Below, in pieces: positions 1 through 8,258 of a DNA stretch of 32,000 nt (position 1 is its first letter; each line of letters starts with the position of its first letter). The stretch is from Mycolicibacterium smegmatis (GTDB taxonomy: Bacteria; Actinomycetota; Actinomycetes; Mycobacteriales; Mycobacteriaceae): assembly GCF_001457595.1 (NCBI RefSeq), contig NZ_LN831039.1, positions 4,440,001-4,472,000 on the forward strand. The letters are read 5' to 3'. The position numbers and the translations under genes were made by a program. The notes below the pieces were generated by a model. The model was not told the DNA's origin, ran no database searches, and saw nothing but the letters and a program-made list of their open reading frames with translations.

Positions 1-1
1 T

Positions 2-484
2 GTGCTGGTGAACAACGCCGGTGTGGCGCACGTGGCCCCGGCCGAAGAGTTCACCCGCGAACAGTTCGACCGTCTCGTGAACGTCAACATCGGCGGCGTG
101 TTCTGGGCGATCCACGCCGCCATCCCGCATTTCGGCGAAGGTTCGCGGATCATCAACATCGGCAGCATCAACGCCGACCGGGTGCCCGCCCCCAACCTGG
201 GGGTCTACGCGATGACCAAGGGCGCCGTGCAGGCGCTGACCATCGGCCTTGCGCGTGAACTGGGCCCGCGGGGCATCACGATCACCAACGTGCAACCGGG
301 TCCCATCGACACCGACATGAACCCCGCCGACGGCGGTCTCGCCGAGGTCATGACCTCGGTGACGGCGTTGGGGCGCTACGGCCACGCCGGCGACATCGCG
401 GCCGTGGTGAGCTTCCTCGCAGGCCCGGAGTCCGGGTATGTCACGGGCGCGAGCTGGAACGTCGACGGCGGGTACACCGCCTGA
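2..484 (+). CDS. SDR-family oxidoreductase (3-oxoacyl-ACP reductase-like), 5' end cut by window edge
   Basis: The ORF is open to the window start. The translation carries NNAG, the active-site YAMTK (YxxxK) and PGPIDT. Stop TGA at 482-484. Confidence 0.85.
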   Translation: MLVNNAGVAHVAPAEEFTREQFDRLVNVNIGGVFWAIHAAIPHFGEGSRIINIGSINADRVPAPNLGVYAMTKGAVQALTIGLARELGPRGITITNVQPGPIDTDMNPADGGLAEVMTSVTALGRYGHAGDIAAVVSFLAGPESGYVTGASWNVDGGYTA

Positions 485-1546
485 TCACAGCACGCTGGGC
501 GGCGCGGTGGCGGTGTCCTTCAGCCGCGCCTTGAATTGCATTGCGCGGTAGGGCCATCCCGAGTCGGTGTGCCACTGCGACACCACAAGCCCGATTCCGC
601 CCGTGCGGTCCAGGCGCGATCCCGGCAGCACGTAACCGCCGTACAACTGGGCCACGCGGGAGCCCTCGTGGTGCTCGTCGTGCCAGGCGCACCCGAGCAC
701 CGGGGTCTGCACTTGCGTGGTGTGCATGTTGGCCACCGGCGAGTCGACCACGCGATATCCCAGCGCGTACCGCGACGCGAAGAACCCGCCGAGGATCCAC
801 CGGCCGGGTCCCAGGCGGCGGAAACTCAGTTCGCCCCAACGTTCTTCGGCGGGCGTGATGGGGGTGGCGCGTTCGCCCCACTCCCATCGGCGCCCGGTGT
901 ACCCCCAGCTCACGTAACGCGTGCGGTCACCGATGTGGGCGGGACGCACCCGCATGAGGATGATGCCCTGTTTGCGCTGGAAACCCGTCGCGGCCACGTA
1001 CACCCAACCGTCGTCGGGGTCGTGATCCCACGACCAGCACTGGGCGTGCCCGCCGTGCCACCCGGCCGGGAACTTCGCGCGCTCCCCCAGGTGTTCCCAG
1101 CTCACGCCGCAGTCGTCGGACCGCCAGATCTCGGTCCAGATCACGTTGCCGAAGCCGCGGTTGACGATGGCGTGCAGGTACAGCGAATCCCCCACGCGCA
1201 GCAGATCTGACGGGATGACGGTGCTGATCCCGCCCCGGCGCCAGCCCGAGGCCGCGTCGTCGTGGATGTAGTGCCACAGTTGACGCGCGTACCCGGGATC
1301 GGGGCCGCCCGCGCGTTCGTAGACGATTTCGTGGTCGGCGTCCCCGGTGCCGATCAGCACCACCGGCGAACGCCAATCCCCCTGCCCGACACGGTGGCCC
1401 GCGAAGGTGTCGCCGAACACCGAGACGAGCTTGCCGTCCGGTGCGAGCACCGAGGCGCCCAGGTCGGTGCAGGTGACGCCGAACCTGTCGGTGCGGCCCG
1501 GCCCCGTGATGTCGGCGGCCTTGCCGTTGAGCAGCGGGAGCGTCAC
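485..1546 (-). CDS. DUF4185 (GH183-type) protein, bare catalytic domain without signal peptide, predicted cytoplasmic
   Basis: 353 aa. It shares VFGDTFAG, STVIPSD and a Trp-rich beta-propeller-like sequence style with the two other DUF4185 ORFs in this window. An in-frame stop just upstream leaves no room for a signal peptide. GTG start at 1546, 11 nt after the upstream gene's stop. Confidence 0.85.
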   Translation of the reverse strand: MTLPLLNGKAADITGPGRTDRFGVTCTDLGASVLAPDGKLVSVFGDTFAGHRVGQGDWRSPVVLIGTGDADHEIVYERAGGPDPGYARQLWHYIHDDAASGWRRGGISTVIPSDLLRVGDSLYLHAIVNRGFGNVIWTEIWRSDDCGVSWEHLGERAKFPAGWHGGHAQCWSWDHDPDDGWVYVAATGFQRKQGIILMRVRPAHIGDRTRYVSWGYTGRRWEWGERATPITPAEERWGELSFRRLGPGRWILGGFFASRYALGYRVVDSPVANMHTTQVQTPVLGCAWHDEHHEGSRVAQLYGGYVLPGSRLDRTGGIGLVVSQWHTDSGWPYRAMQFKARLKDTATAPPSVL

Positions 1547-1556
1547 CCCGCGCCCA

Positions 1557-2102
1557 CTACGTGCACAGACGCAGGCCCCAGGGCTCGCAGTCGAGCGGAT
1601 AGGTCTTCACCGGCATGGGCAGCGGCTCCTTGAAGGTCAGCGTGAACGGGAACCGGTGGATGGCCGGCGCCAGCCCGCACACCGCGGTGTTGGACACCTC
1701 GCGGGTTCCGGTCAGCGCGACGTCGTCGAAACGATAGGTCTCCACGATCGGCGCCCAGCTGCCGTCGGAGCACTTGATGCCCTCTTTGATGTTCGTGGAG
1801 AACTGCCACATGCCGCCCGCCATCTTGGCGTCGCCGCCGCTGACCCCGGGCGAGCCCTGCACGTGCAGCACGCACGCCACCGGCAGGTACAGCGGTTCAC
1901 GCAGATCCCCGACCACCGGGACGCACGACGGGTAGATGGTCCACGTCGCGGCGCCCAGACCCTCCTGGTTGTAGTTGAAGACGCCCTGGATCACCGGGTC
2001 GGCCTGCGCGGGACCGGCAAACCCGACTCCCACTCCCATCCACAGTCCCATCACGAGTGCGGGCACCGAGGCGATCACTGCAGCCATGCGCTTGAAGGTC
2101 AC
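1557..2102 (-). CDS. Secreted six-cysteine hypothetical protein
   Basis: N-terminus MTFKRMAAVIASVPALVMGLWMGVGVGFAGPAQA-DP is a Sec-type signal with an AXA site. The mature part contains 6 Cys. I recognise no family. No SD precedes the GTG at 2102, so the mRNA may be leaderless; ATG at 2087 is an alternative start. Confidence 0.7.
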   Translation of the reverse strand: MTFKRMAAVIASVPALVMGLWMGVGVGFAGPAQADPVIQGVFNYNQEGLGAATWTIYPSCVPVVGDLREPLYLPVACVLHVQGSPGVSGGDAKMAGGMWQFSTNIKEGIKCSDGSWAPIVETYRFDDVALTGTREVSNTAVCGLAPAIHRFPFTLTFKEPLPMPVKTYPLDCEPWGLRLCT

Positions 2103-2107
2103 AAACG

Positions 2108-3739
2108 GTGAGTATCGCAGCCCCGGTGACGACCGTCACCGGTATGGTCGCCTACGTGTCACCCCGGCGCGCCCGTCGGCGGGGTGATGCAGGGGGGATC
2201 GTGACGACGCGACGTATGGCCGGGATGGCCACAGCGTGGCTCGCCGCTCTCGTGCTGGTGTTCACGGCCTGTTCCACGGGTGAACGGGTCGATCTTGGTG
2301 ACGAGGCGTCGGGCAATCTCATCGCGGCGATCGCAGGTGAGCCCGACCAGCTCGACCCGCAGAAGACCAGCGCGTACTTCTCGTTCGAGGTGCTGGAGAA
2401 CGTGTTCGACACTCTTGTCGAACCCGACGAGAACCTGCAGATGCAACCCGCGCTGGCCGAGTCGTGGGAGGTCAGTCCCGATCAGCTGACGTGGACGTTC
2501 CATCTGCGCGACGGCGTGCGCTGGCACGACGGCACCCCGCTGACCGCCGACGACGTCGTCTACTCCTACCGGCGCATCATCGACGAACAGCTCACCAACG
2601 TCGACAAGTTCAGCGCGGTCACCGACGTCAGCGCGCCCGACCCGGCGACCGTGCGCATCGTGGTGTCCCATCCCACGCCCAACCTGCTGACCAATCTCGG
2701 CGGATTCAAGGGCATGGCGATCGTGCAGCGCGGCAACGTCGAAAGCGGGCAGATCGCCACACATCCCGTCGGGACCGGACCGTTCGCGTTCGCCGGGCGC
2801 AAGAGCGGGGACTCCATCACGCTCAAGGCCAACCCCCACTACTGGGGACCCGAGCCACGGGTGTCCGGGGTGACGTTCCGGTTCATCTCCGAGCCCGCGA
2901 CGGCGCTCTCGGCGCTGCAGGCCGGTGAGATCGACTGGACCGACTCGGTGCCGCCGCAGCGCGTCGCGCAGTTGCGCGACGACGACTCGCTGACGCTCGC
3001 GGTGACACCGAGCAACGACTACTGGTATCTCGCGCTCAACGAGGCCCGTGCACCGTGGAACGACGTGCGCGTGCGCCAGGCGATCGCCTACGGCATCGAC
3101 CGCGATGCGATCGCCACGGCCACCAGTTACCGCACCGCGGCGATCAACCAATTGGCCATCCCCGAGGGCAACCCCTGGTTCACGAGTTACGACCGCTACC
3201 GCTTCGACCTCGACGAGTCCAAGAGGCTCCTCGACGAGGCCGGTGCTCATCCCGAGAACCTCGACATGCTGGTCACCAGCGAGTACCCCGAGACCGTCAC
3301 GGCCGCGCAGATCATCGCCGACAACCTTGCACCGCTTGGCATATCGGTGAACATCCGCACCGTCGACTTCGCGACATGGCTGGACGAACAGAACACCGGC
3401 AACTTCGACATGCTGATGATGGGGTGGCTCGGCAACATCGACCCCGACGACTTCTACTACGCACAGCACCATTCCGACGGAACGAGCAACGCGCAGAAGT
3501 TCTCCGATCCCGAGGTCGACAGGCTGCTCGACGCGGGCCGCGTCGAAACCGACACCGCCGAACGGAAAGACGTCTACGCCAGGGCCGCGACCCGCATCGC
3601 CGACGAGGTCAGCTACATCTACCTGTACAACCCGTCGGTGATCCAGGCGTGGTCCAACGATCTGTCCGGCTACGTCGCACGCCGCGACGGCGCCATCCGG
3701 TTCCGCACGGCCGATCTGGGCCGGGGTGGTCCTGAGTGA
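2108..3739 (+). CDS. ABC transporter substrate-binding lipoprotein, family 5 (peptide/nickel/oligosaccharide type)
   Basis: DppA/OppA-like sequence throughout. Lipobox LVFTAC follows TTRRMAGMATAWLAAL. The maximal ORF starts at GTG 2108, but ATG 2144 or ATG 2216 are more plausible, because 2108 lies only 5 nt from the divergent gene's start and upstream of a 9+9 palindrome. Confidence 0.9.
   Translation: MSIAAPVTTVTGMVAYVSPRRARRRGDAGGIVTTRRMAGMATAWLAALVLVFTACSTGERVDLGDEASGNLIAAIAGEPDQLDPQKTSAYFSFEVLENVFDTLVEPDENLQMQPALAESWEVSPDQLTWTFHLRDGVRWHDGTPLTADDVVYSYRRIIDEQLTNVDKFSAVTDVSAPDPATVRIVVSHPTPNLLTNLGGFKGMAIVQRGNVESGQIATHPVGTGPFAFAGRKSGDSITLKANPHYWGPEPRVSGVTFRFISEPATALSALQAGEIDWTDSVPPQRVAQLRDDDSLTLAVTPSNDYWYLALNEARAPWNDVRVRQAIAYGIDRDAIATATSYRTAAINQLAIPEGNPWFTSYDRYRFDLDESKRLLDEAGAHPENLDMLVTSEYPETVTAAQIIADNLAPLGISVNIRTVDFATWLDEQNTGNFDMLMMGWLGNIDPDDFYYAQHHSDGTSNAQKFSDPEVDRLLDAGRVETDTAERKDVYARAATRIADEVSYIYLYNPSVIQAWSNDLSGYVARRDGAIRFRTADLGRGGPE
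2123..2142. promoter_or_regulatory. Near-perfect 20-bp palindrome CCGGTGACG-ac-CGTCACCGG between divergent operons
   Basis: I read 9-bp perfect arms directly from the sequence. The element sits between the divergent start at 2102 and ATG 2144. It is a candidate operator or 5'-leader hairpin. Confidence 0.45.
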
Positions 3740-4713
3740 CTTCGACGCGACTTCTGGGTAACCACCCGATCGTGCGATTCCTGGCGCAGCGGCTGCTGTA
3801 TTCGGCGGTGGTGCTCGTCGGCGTGCTGATCGTGGTGTTCACGCTGGTGCACCTGGTGCCCGGCGACCCGGTCCGCATCGCGCTGGGCACCCGGTACACC
3901 CCAGAGGCCTACGAGGCGCTGCGCACGGCCAGCGGGATGGACCGGCCCATCGTCGAACAGTTCTTCGGCTACATCGGCTCGGCGTTGACCGGCGACCTGG
4001 GTGTGAGTTTCCGCAACGGCGACCCGGTCACCGTGACGCTGCTGGAACGCTTGCCCGCGACACTGTCGCTGGGGCTGGTGGGCATCCTCATCGCGCTGGT
4101 CATCGCGATCCCGGCCGGCATCTGGTCGGCACTGCGCGAGGGACGTGTCAGCGACGCGATCGTGCGCGTGGCGAGCCAGTTCGGCGTGTCGATCCCCGAC
4201 TTCTGGCTCGGCATCCTCTTGATCGGGCTGTTCGCGTCGGTGCTGGGCTGGTTGCCCACGTCGGGGTACCGTCCGCTGTTCGACGATCCGGGCGGCTGGC
4301 TGCGCCACATCATCCTGCCCGGTCTCACGGTGGGTCTGGTGGCCGGCGCGATCCTGACCCGGTACGTGCGCTCGGCGGTGCTCGAGGTGGCCGCGATGGG
4401 CTACGTGCGCACCGCGCGGTCGAAAGGCCTTCCGCCGCCAGTGGTCACGTTCCGTCACATCGTGCGCAACGCGCTGCTGCCGGTGTTGACGATCACGGGC
4501 ATCCAGCTGGCGACGATCCTCGGTGGGGTGATCGTGGTCGAGGTGGTGTTCGCGTGGCCCGGGCTGGGCCGGCTGGTGTTCAATTCGGTTGCCGCACGCG
4601 ACTATCCGGTGATCCAGGGGGCGGTGCTGCTCATCGCGGTGCTGTTCTTGCTGATCAACCTGCTGGTGGACGTGCTCTACGCGGTCGTCGACCCGAGGAT
4701 CCGGCTGTCATGA
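3736..4713 (+). CDS. ABC transporter permease (DppB/OppB-like)
   Basis: N-terminus IVRFLAQRLLYSAVVLVGVLIVVFTLVHLVPGDP is typical of the family, and the protein has multiple TM segments. Its GTG start overlaps the upstream stop (GTGA). Confidence 0.9.
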   Translation: MTSTRLLGNHPIVRFLAQRLLYSAVVLVGVLIVVFTLVHLVPGDPVRIALGTRYTPEAYEALRTASGMDRPIVEQFFGYIGSALTGDLGVSFRNGDPVTVTLLERLPATLSLGLVGILIALVIAIPAGIWSALREGRVSDAIVRVASQFGVSIPDFWLGILLIGLFASVLGWLPTSGYRPLFDDPGGWLRHIILPGLTVGLVAGAILTRYVRSAVLEVAAMGYVRTARSKGLPPPVVTFRHIVRNALLPVLTITGIQLATILGGVIVVEVVFAWPGLGRLVFNSVAARDYPVIQGAVLLIAVLFLLINLLVDVLYAVVDPRIRLS

Positions 4714-5588
4714 CCGTCACCGAGCAGACCCGCGTCGCGTCGTGGCGGCTGCTGCTGTCGAATCCGGTCACCGCGGTCAGCGCCGCGGTGCTGGTCGTGG
4801 TGGCGGTCGTCGCGCTCACCGCGCAGTGGATCGCGCCGTTCGGCGTCAACGACATCGACGTGCCCAGCGCGCTTCAGGGCCCCGGCGGCACGCACTGGTT
4901 CGGCACCGATGAACTGGGCCGAGACGTGTTCTCCCGCATCCTCGTCGCCATCCAGGCCTCTCTTCGCGTCGCGGTGGTCAGCGTGGCGCTCGCGGCCGTG
5001 GTCGGTGTGACGATCGGCGTCGTCGCGGGGTACCGCGGCGGTTGGCTCGACACCATCGTCATGCGGGTCGTGGACGTCATGTTCGCGTTCCCCGTGCTGC
5101 TCCTGGCGCTGGCCATCGTCGCGATCCTCGGCCCCGGCGTCACCACCACGATGCTCGCGATCGGCATCGTCTACATCCCGATCTTCGCGCGCGTCGCACG
5201 GGCCAGCACGCTGGGCGTGCGGGTGGAACCCTATGTCGCGGTGTCGCGCACCATGGGTACACCCAGCGGCTACATCCTGCGACGGCACATCCTGCCGAAC
5301 ATCGCCGGTCCGTTGATCGTCCAGTTGTCGCTGTCGCTGGCGTTCGCGATCCTCGCCGAGGCGTCGCTGTCGTTCCTGGGCCTGGGAATCCAGCCGCCGC
5401 AGCCGTCGCTGGGCCGGATGATCTACGACGCACAGGGTTTCGTGACGCTCGCGTGGTGGATGGCGGTGTTCCCCGGCGCTGCCATCTTCGTCACGGTGCT
5501 GGCGTTCAACCTGTTCGGCGACGGCCTGCGCGATGTGCTCGATCCCAAGCAGCGCACGCTGATGGAGGCCAAGAGGACCCGGCAATGA
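4710..5588 (+). CDS. ABC transporter permease (DppC/OppC-like)
   Basis: ATG 4710 overlaps the upstream stop (ATGA). Motifs include GTDELGRDVFSR and the EAA-loop region EASLSFLGLG. The track ORF start at 4554 is an Arg/Gly-rich extension overlapping the previous gene. Confidence 0.9.
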   Translation: MTVTEQTRVASWRLLLSNPVTAVSAAVLVVVAVVALTAQWIAPFGVNDIDVPSALQGPGGTHWFGTDELGRDVFSRILVAIQASLRVAVVSVALAAVVGVTIGVVAGYRGGWLDTIVMRVVDVMFAFPVLLLALAIVAILGPGVTTTMLAIGIVYIPIFARVARASTLGVRVEPYVAVSRTMGTPSGYILRRHILPNIAGPLIVQLSLSLAFAILAEASLSFLGLGIQPPQPSLGRMIYDAQGFVTLAWWMAVFPGAAIFVTVLAFNLFGDGLRDVLDPKQRTLMEAKRTRQ

Positions 5589-7165
5589 CGGATCAGAAGA
5601 CGAACGCCCCGGTACTCAGTGTCCGTGACCTCACGGTCGGCATCGGACGACGCGAGATCGTGCATGGGGTGTCGTTCGACGTGCACCGCGAACAGACCGT
5701 GGGCATCGTCGGTGAATCCGGATCCGGGAAGTCGCTGACGGTGCTCGCGGCCACCGGCCTGCTCGACGCGCCAGGTGCGGTGGTCAGGGGCACCAGCACC
5801 CTGGCCGACGGCTCCCAACTCGTCGGCGCATCGGCGCGGTTGCTGCGTTCGGTGCACGGCGGGCGCATCGGGTTCGTGTTCCAGGACCCGGGCACGTCGC
5901 TGAATCCGCTGCTGACGCTCGAGCGTCAGATCACCGAATCGCTTGAGACGCACCGCAAGATGTCGCGCCGGCAGGCCCGCACCCGCGCCGGTGAGCTGCT
6001 GGAGGCCGTCGGGTTGCCACCTCAGCGACTCGATGCCTACCCGCACCAGTTGTCCGGCGGGCAGCGGCAGCGCGTCATGATCGCGATCGCCCTCGCGTGC
6101 GACCCGGAACTGCTCATCGCCGACGAACCCACCACCGCACTGGATGTCACGACACAGGCCCAGATCGTCGACCTGGTGGCCGATTTGCAGCGCGACTTCG
6201 GCGCGGCCGTGGTGTGGATCAGCCACGATCTCGGCGTCATCGGCCAGGTCGCCGACGAGGTGACGGTGCTGCGCGACGGTGACGCGGTCGAACAGGCCCC
6301 CGTTATGGACGTGTTCGACCGGCCCCGCCACGAGTACACCAGGGAACTGCTGGCCGCGCGTCCCCGCGTCGACGACGCCGGTCCCCCGGCGCCGCCCGAT
6401 GATGCCGGGATCCTGTTGGACGTCGCCGATCTGGAGGTCCGGTACGCCGATGTCGCAGCGGTGAAGGACGTGTCGTTCACGATCCGGCGCGGCACCACGC
6501 TGGGCCTGGTCGGCGAGTCCGGTTCGGGCAAGTCGACCGTGGCGGCCGCGCTGACCGGTCTGTCCGAACCGTCCGCGGGCACGGCCACACTCGACGGCGC
6601 CGACGTGTTCGGCGGTGGACGCGAGCTGCGCAGGCGGATCAGCCTGGTGTTCCAGGACCCGTTCAGTTCACTGAACCCGCGGGCGCGGGTCGGTACGACG
6701 ATCGGTGAGCCATTGCAGGTGCACGGCCTGGCCAAGGGCAGGCGGGCACGCGCCGAGCGGGTCGCCGAGCTGCTCGAACTGGTCGGGCTGCCCGCCGATT
6801 TCGCGTCCCGGTACCCGCACGAGCTGTCCGGTGGCCAGCGTCAGCGGGTCAGCATCGCACGAGCACTGGCCACCGAGCCGGAGCTGCTCATCCTCGACGA
6901 ATCGACGGCCTCGCTGGATGTGTCGGTGCAGTCCCGCGTCCTGGACCTGCTGGCCGATCTGCAACGCGAGCTCGGCCTGGCCTACCTGTTCATCGCGCAT
7001 GACCTGGCGGTCGTGCACCGCATGAGCCACGACGTACTCGTGCTGCGCGACGGTGAGGTGGTCGAGTACCGGCCCGCGGCGGAGTTGTTCGCCGCACCGC
7101 AGCACGAGTACACCCGCACGCTGCTGGCCGCGGTTCCGCCGCTGCGGCCGCATGAGAAGGTCTAG
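5585..7165 (+). CDS. Fused double-NBD ABC ATPase (DppD-DppF type in one polypeptide)
   Basis: ATG 5585 overlaps the upstream stop (ATGA). Two copies each of Walker A GESGSGKS, signature LSGGQRQR and Walker B (LLIADEPTTALD, LLILDESTASLD). The track start at 5042 is an out-of-context extension. Confidence 0.9.
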   Translation: MTDQKTNAPVLSVRDLTVGIGRREIVHGVSFDVHREQTVGIVGESGSGKSLTVLAATGLLDAPGAVVRGTSTLADGSQLVGASARLLRSVHGGRIGFVFQDPGTSLNPLLTLERQITESLETHRKMSRRQARTRAGELLEAVGLPPQRLDAYPHQLSGGQRQRVMIAIALACDPELLIADEPTTALDVTTQAQIVDLVADLQRDFGAAVVWISHDLGVIGQVADEVTVLRDGDAVEQAPVMDVFDRPRHEYTRELLAARPRVDDAGPPAPPDDAGILLDVADLEVRYADVAAVKDVSFTIRRGTTLGLVGESGSGKSTVAAALTGLSEPSAGTATLDGADVFGGGRELRRRISLVFQDPFSSLNPRARVGTTIGEPLQVHGLAKGRRARAERVAELLELVGLPADFASRYPHELSGGQRQRVSIARALATEPELLILDESTASLDVSVQSRVLDLLADLQRELGLAYLFIAHDLAVVHRMSHDVLVLRDGEVVEYRPAAELFAAPQHEYTRTLLAAVPPLRPHEKV

Positions 7166-7167
7166 GG

Positions 7168-7908
7168 ATGACCGACTTTCATGGGAAGACCGCGTTGGTG
7201 ACGGGTGCCTCGGCAGGCCTCGGGGCGGCGGTGGCGAAATTGCTGGCGGCGCGCGGGGCCTCGGTGTTCGGGATCGCCCGCGACGCCGACCGGATGGCCG
7301 AGGTGTTCACCGAGGTGCCCGGCGGCAGGTATGCCTCCGTGGACGTCTCGTCGTCGCAGGCGTGCGACGAGGCGGTCGGACAGTGCGTCGAGCAGTTCGG
7401 TCAGCTGGACATCCTGATCAACGTCGCGGGCTTTCATCAGATGCGCCATACGGTTTCGGTGACCGACGAGGACTGGGCCAAGGACCTCGCGGTCAACCTC
7501 AATGGCCCGTTCTTCCTGAGCCGTGCGGCGCTGCCGCACCTGTTGCAGGCCGGTGGCAACATCGTCAATGTCGCCTCCATCGCCGGCGTCGAGGGCGAGG
7601 TGTACTCGGCCGGCTACTGCGCGGCCAAACACGGGCTGGTGGGGTTGACCCGCGCCTTGGCGGTCGAGTTCACCAAGGAGCGGCTGCGGGTCAACGCGGT
7701 GTGCCCTGGCGGCATGCTGACCGCGCAGACCACCGAGTTCGCCGCGCCCGAGAACGCCGACTGGGATCTGATCATGCGGATCGCGGCCCCGCGGGGCTTC
7801 ATGGACGTCGCCGATGTCGCGAAGACCATCGCGTTCCTGGCGAGCGACGATGCGGCGGCCGTGCACGGCGCGGTGTACATCGTCGATGCCGGCAAGACCG
7901 CCGGCTGA
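7168..7908 (+). CDS. SDR-family oxidoreductase, last gene of the ABC importer operon
   Basis: TGASAGLG glycine motif, NVAG, catalytic YCAAK. It starts 2 nt after the ATPase stop, with GAGAAGG upstream. Confidence 0.85.
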   Translation: MTDFHGKTALVTGASAGLGAAVAKLLAARGASVFGIARDADRMAEVFTEVPGGRYASVDVSSSQACDEAVGQCVEQFGQLDILINVAGFHQMRHTVSVTDEDWAKDLAVNLNGPFFLSRAALPHLLQAGGNIVNVASIAGVEGEVYSAGYCAAKHGLVGLTRALAVEFTKERLRVNAVCPGGMLTAQTTEFAAPENADWDLIMRIAAPRGFMDVADVAKTIAFLASDDAAAVHGAVYIVDAGKTAG

Positions 7909-8015
7909 GCACACACATCCGTCCGATCTCTTCACCTTGCGTTCCTGCGCGCGCACGATAGAAACGGAAGTGCAAGGACGTTTCCGACCATTAAGTCCGA
8001 GGAAGGGAGCGAACG

Positions 8016-8258
8016 ATGAAGGCCAAGGTCGGCGATTTCCTGGTCGTCAAGGGCGCGACCACCGACCGGCACGATCAGCATGCCGAGATCATCGGAGTGC
8101 GCAGTGACGACGGGTCTCCCCCGTTCGTCGTGCGCTGGCTGTCCGACGGGCACGAGGCCACGGTGTATCCCGGCCCCGATGCGCTGATCATGTCCCCCGA
8201 GGAGCACCAGCGCGCCACTGAACGCGCCGCTGCCCACGCGGGTGCGTCAGCGCACTAG
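8016..8258 (+). CDS. DUF1918-like small protein
   Basis: 80 aa starting MKAKVGDFLVVKG...AEIIGV, the sequence style I associate with DUF1918. Strong SD GGAAGGGAG lies 6 nt upstream of the ATG. Confidence 0.65.
   Translation: MKAKVGDFLVVKGATTDRHDQHAEIIGVRSDDGSPPFVVRWLSDGHEATVYPGPDALIMSPEEHQRATERAAAHAGASAH

Noticed and set aside
1546-1557. Possibility that the six-Cys secreted ORF and the signal-less DUF4185 ORF are halves of one gene split by a mutation
   Set aside because: The two ORFs are in different frames (offset 556 nt, not a multiple of 3), and the upstream one ends with a clean TAG. The DUF4185 ORF begins at the same point of the domain as the domain boundary in its paralogues. A historical frameshift cannot be fully excluded without comparison to orthologues.
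4554-4709. Upstream extensions of the second permease (track start 4554) and of the ATPase (track start 5042, up to 5584)
   Set aside because: The extensions fully overlap the preceding genes in another frame and translate to Arg/Pro/Gly-rich sequence. Internal ATGs at 4710 and 5585 give canonical N-termini and the classic ATGA stop-start overlap.
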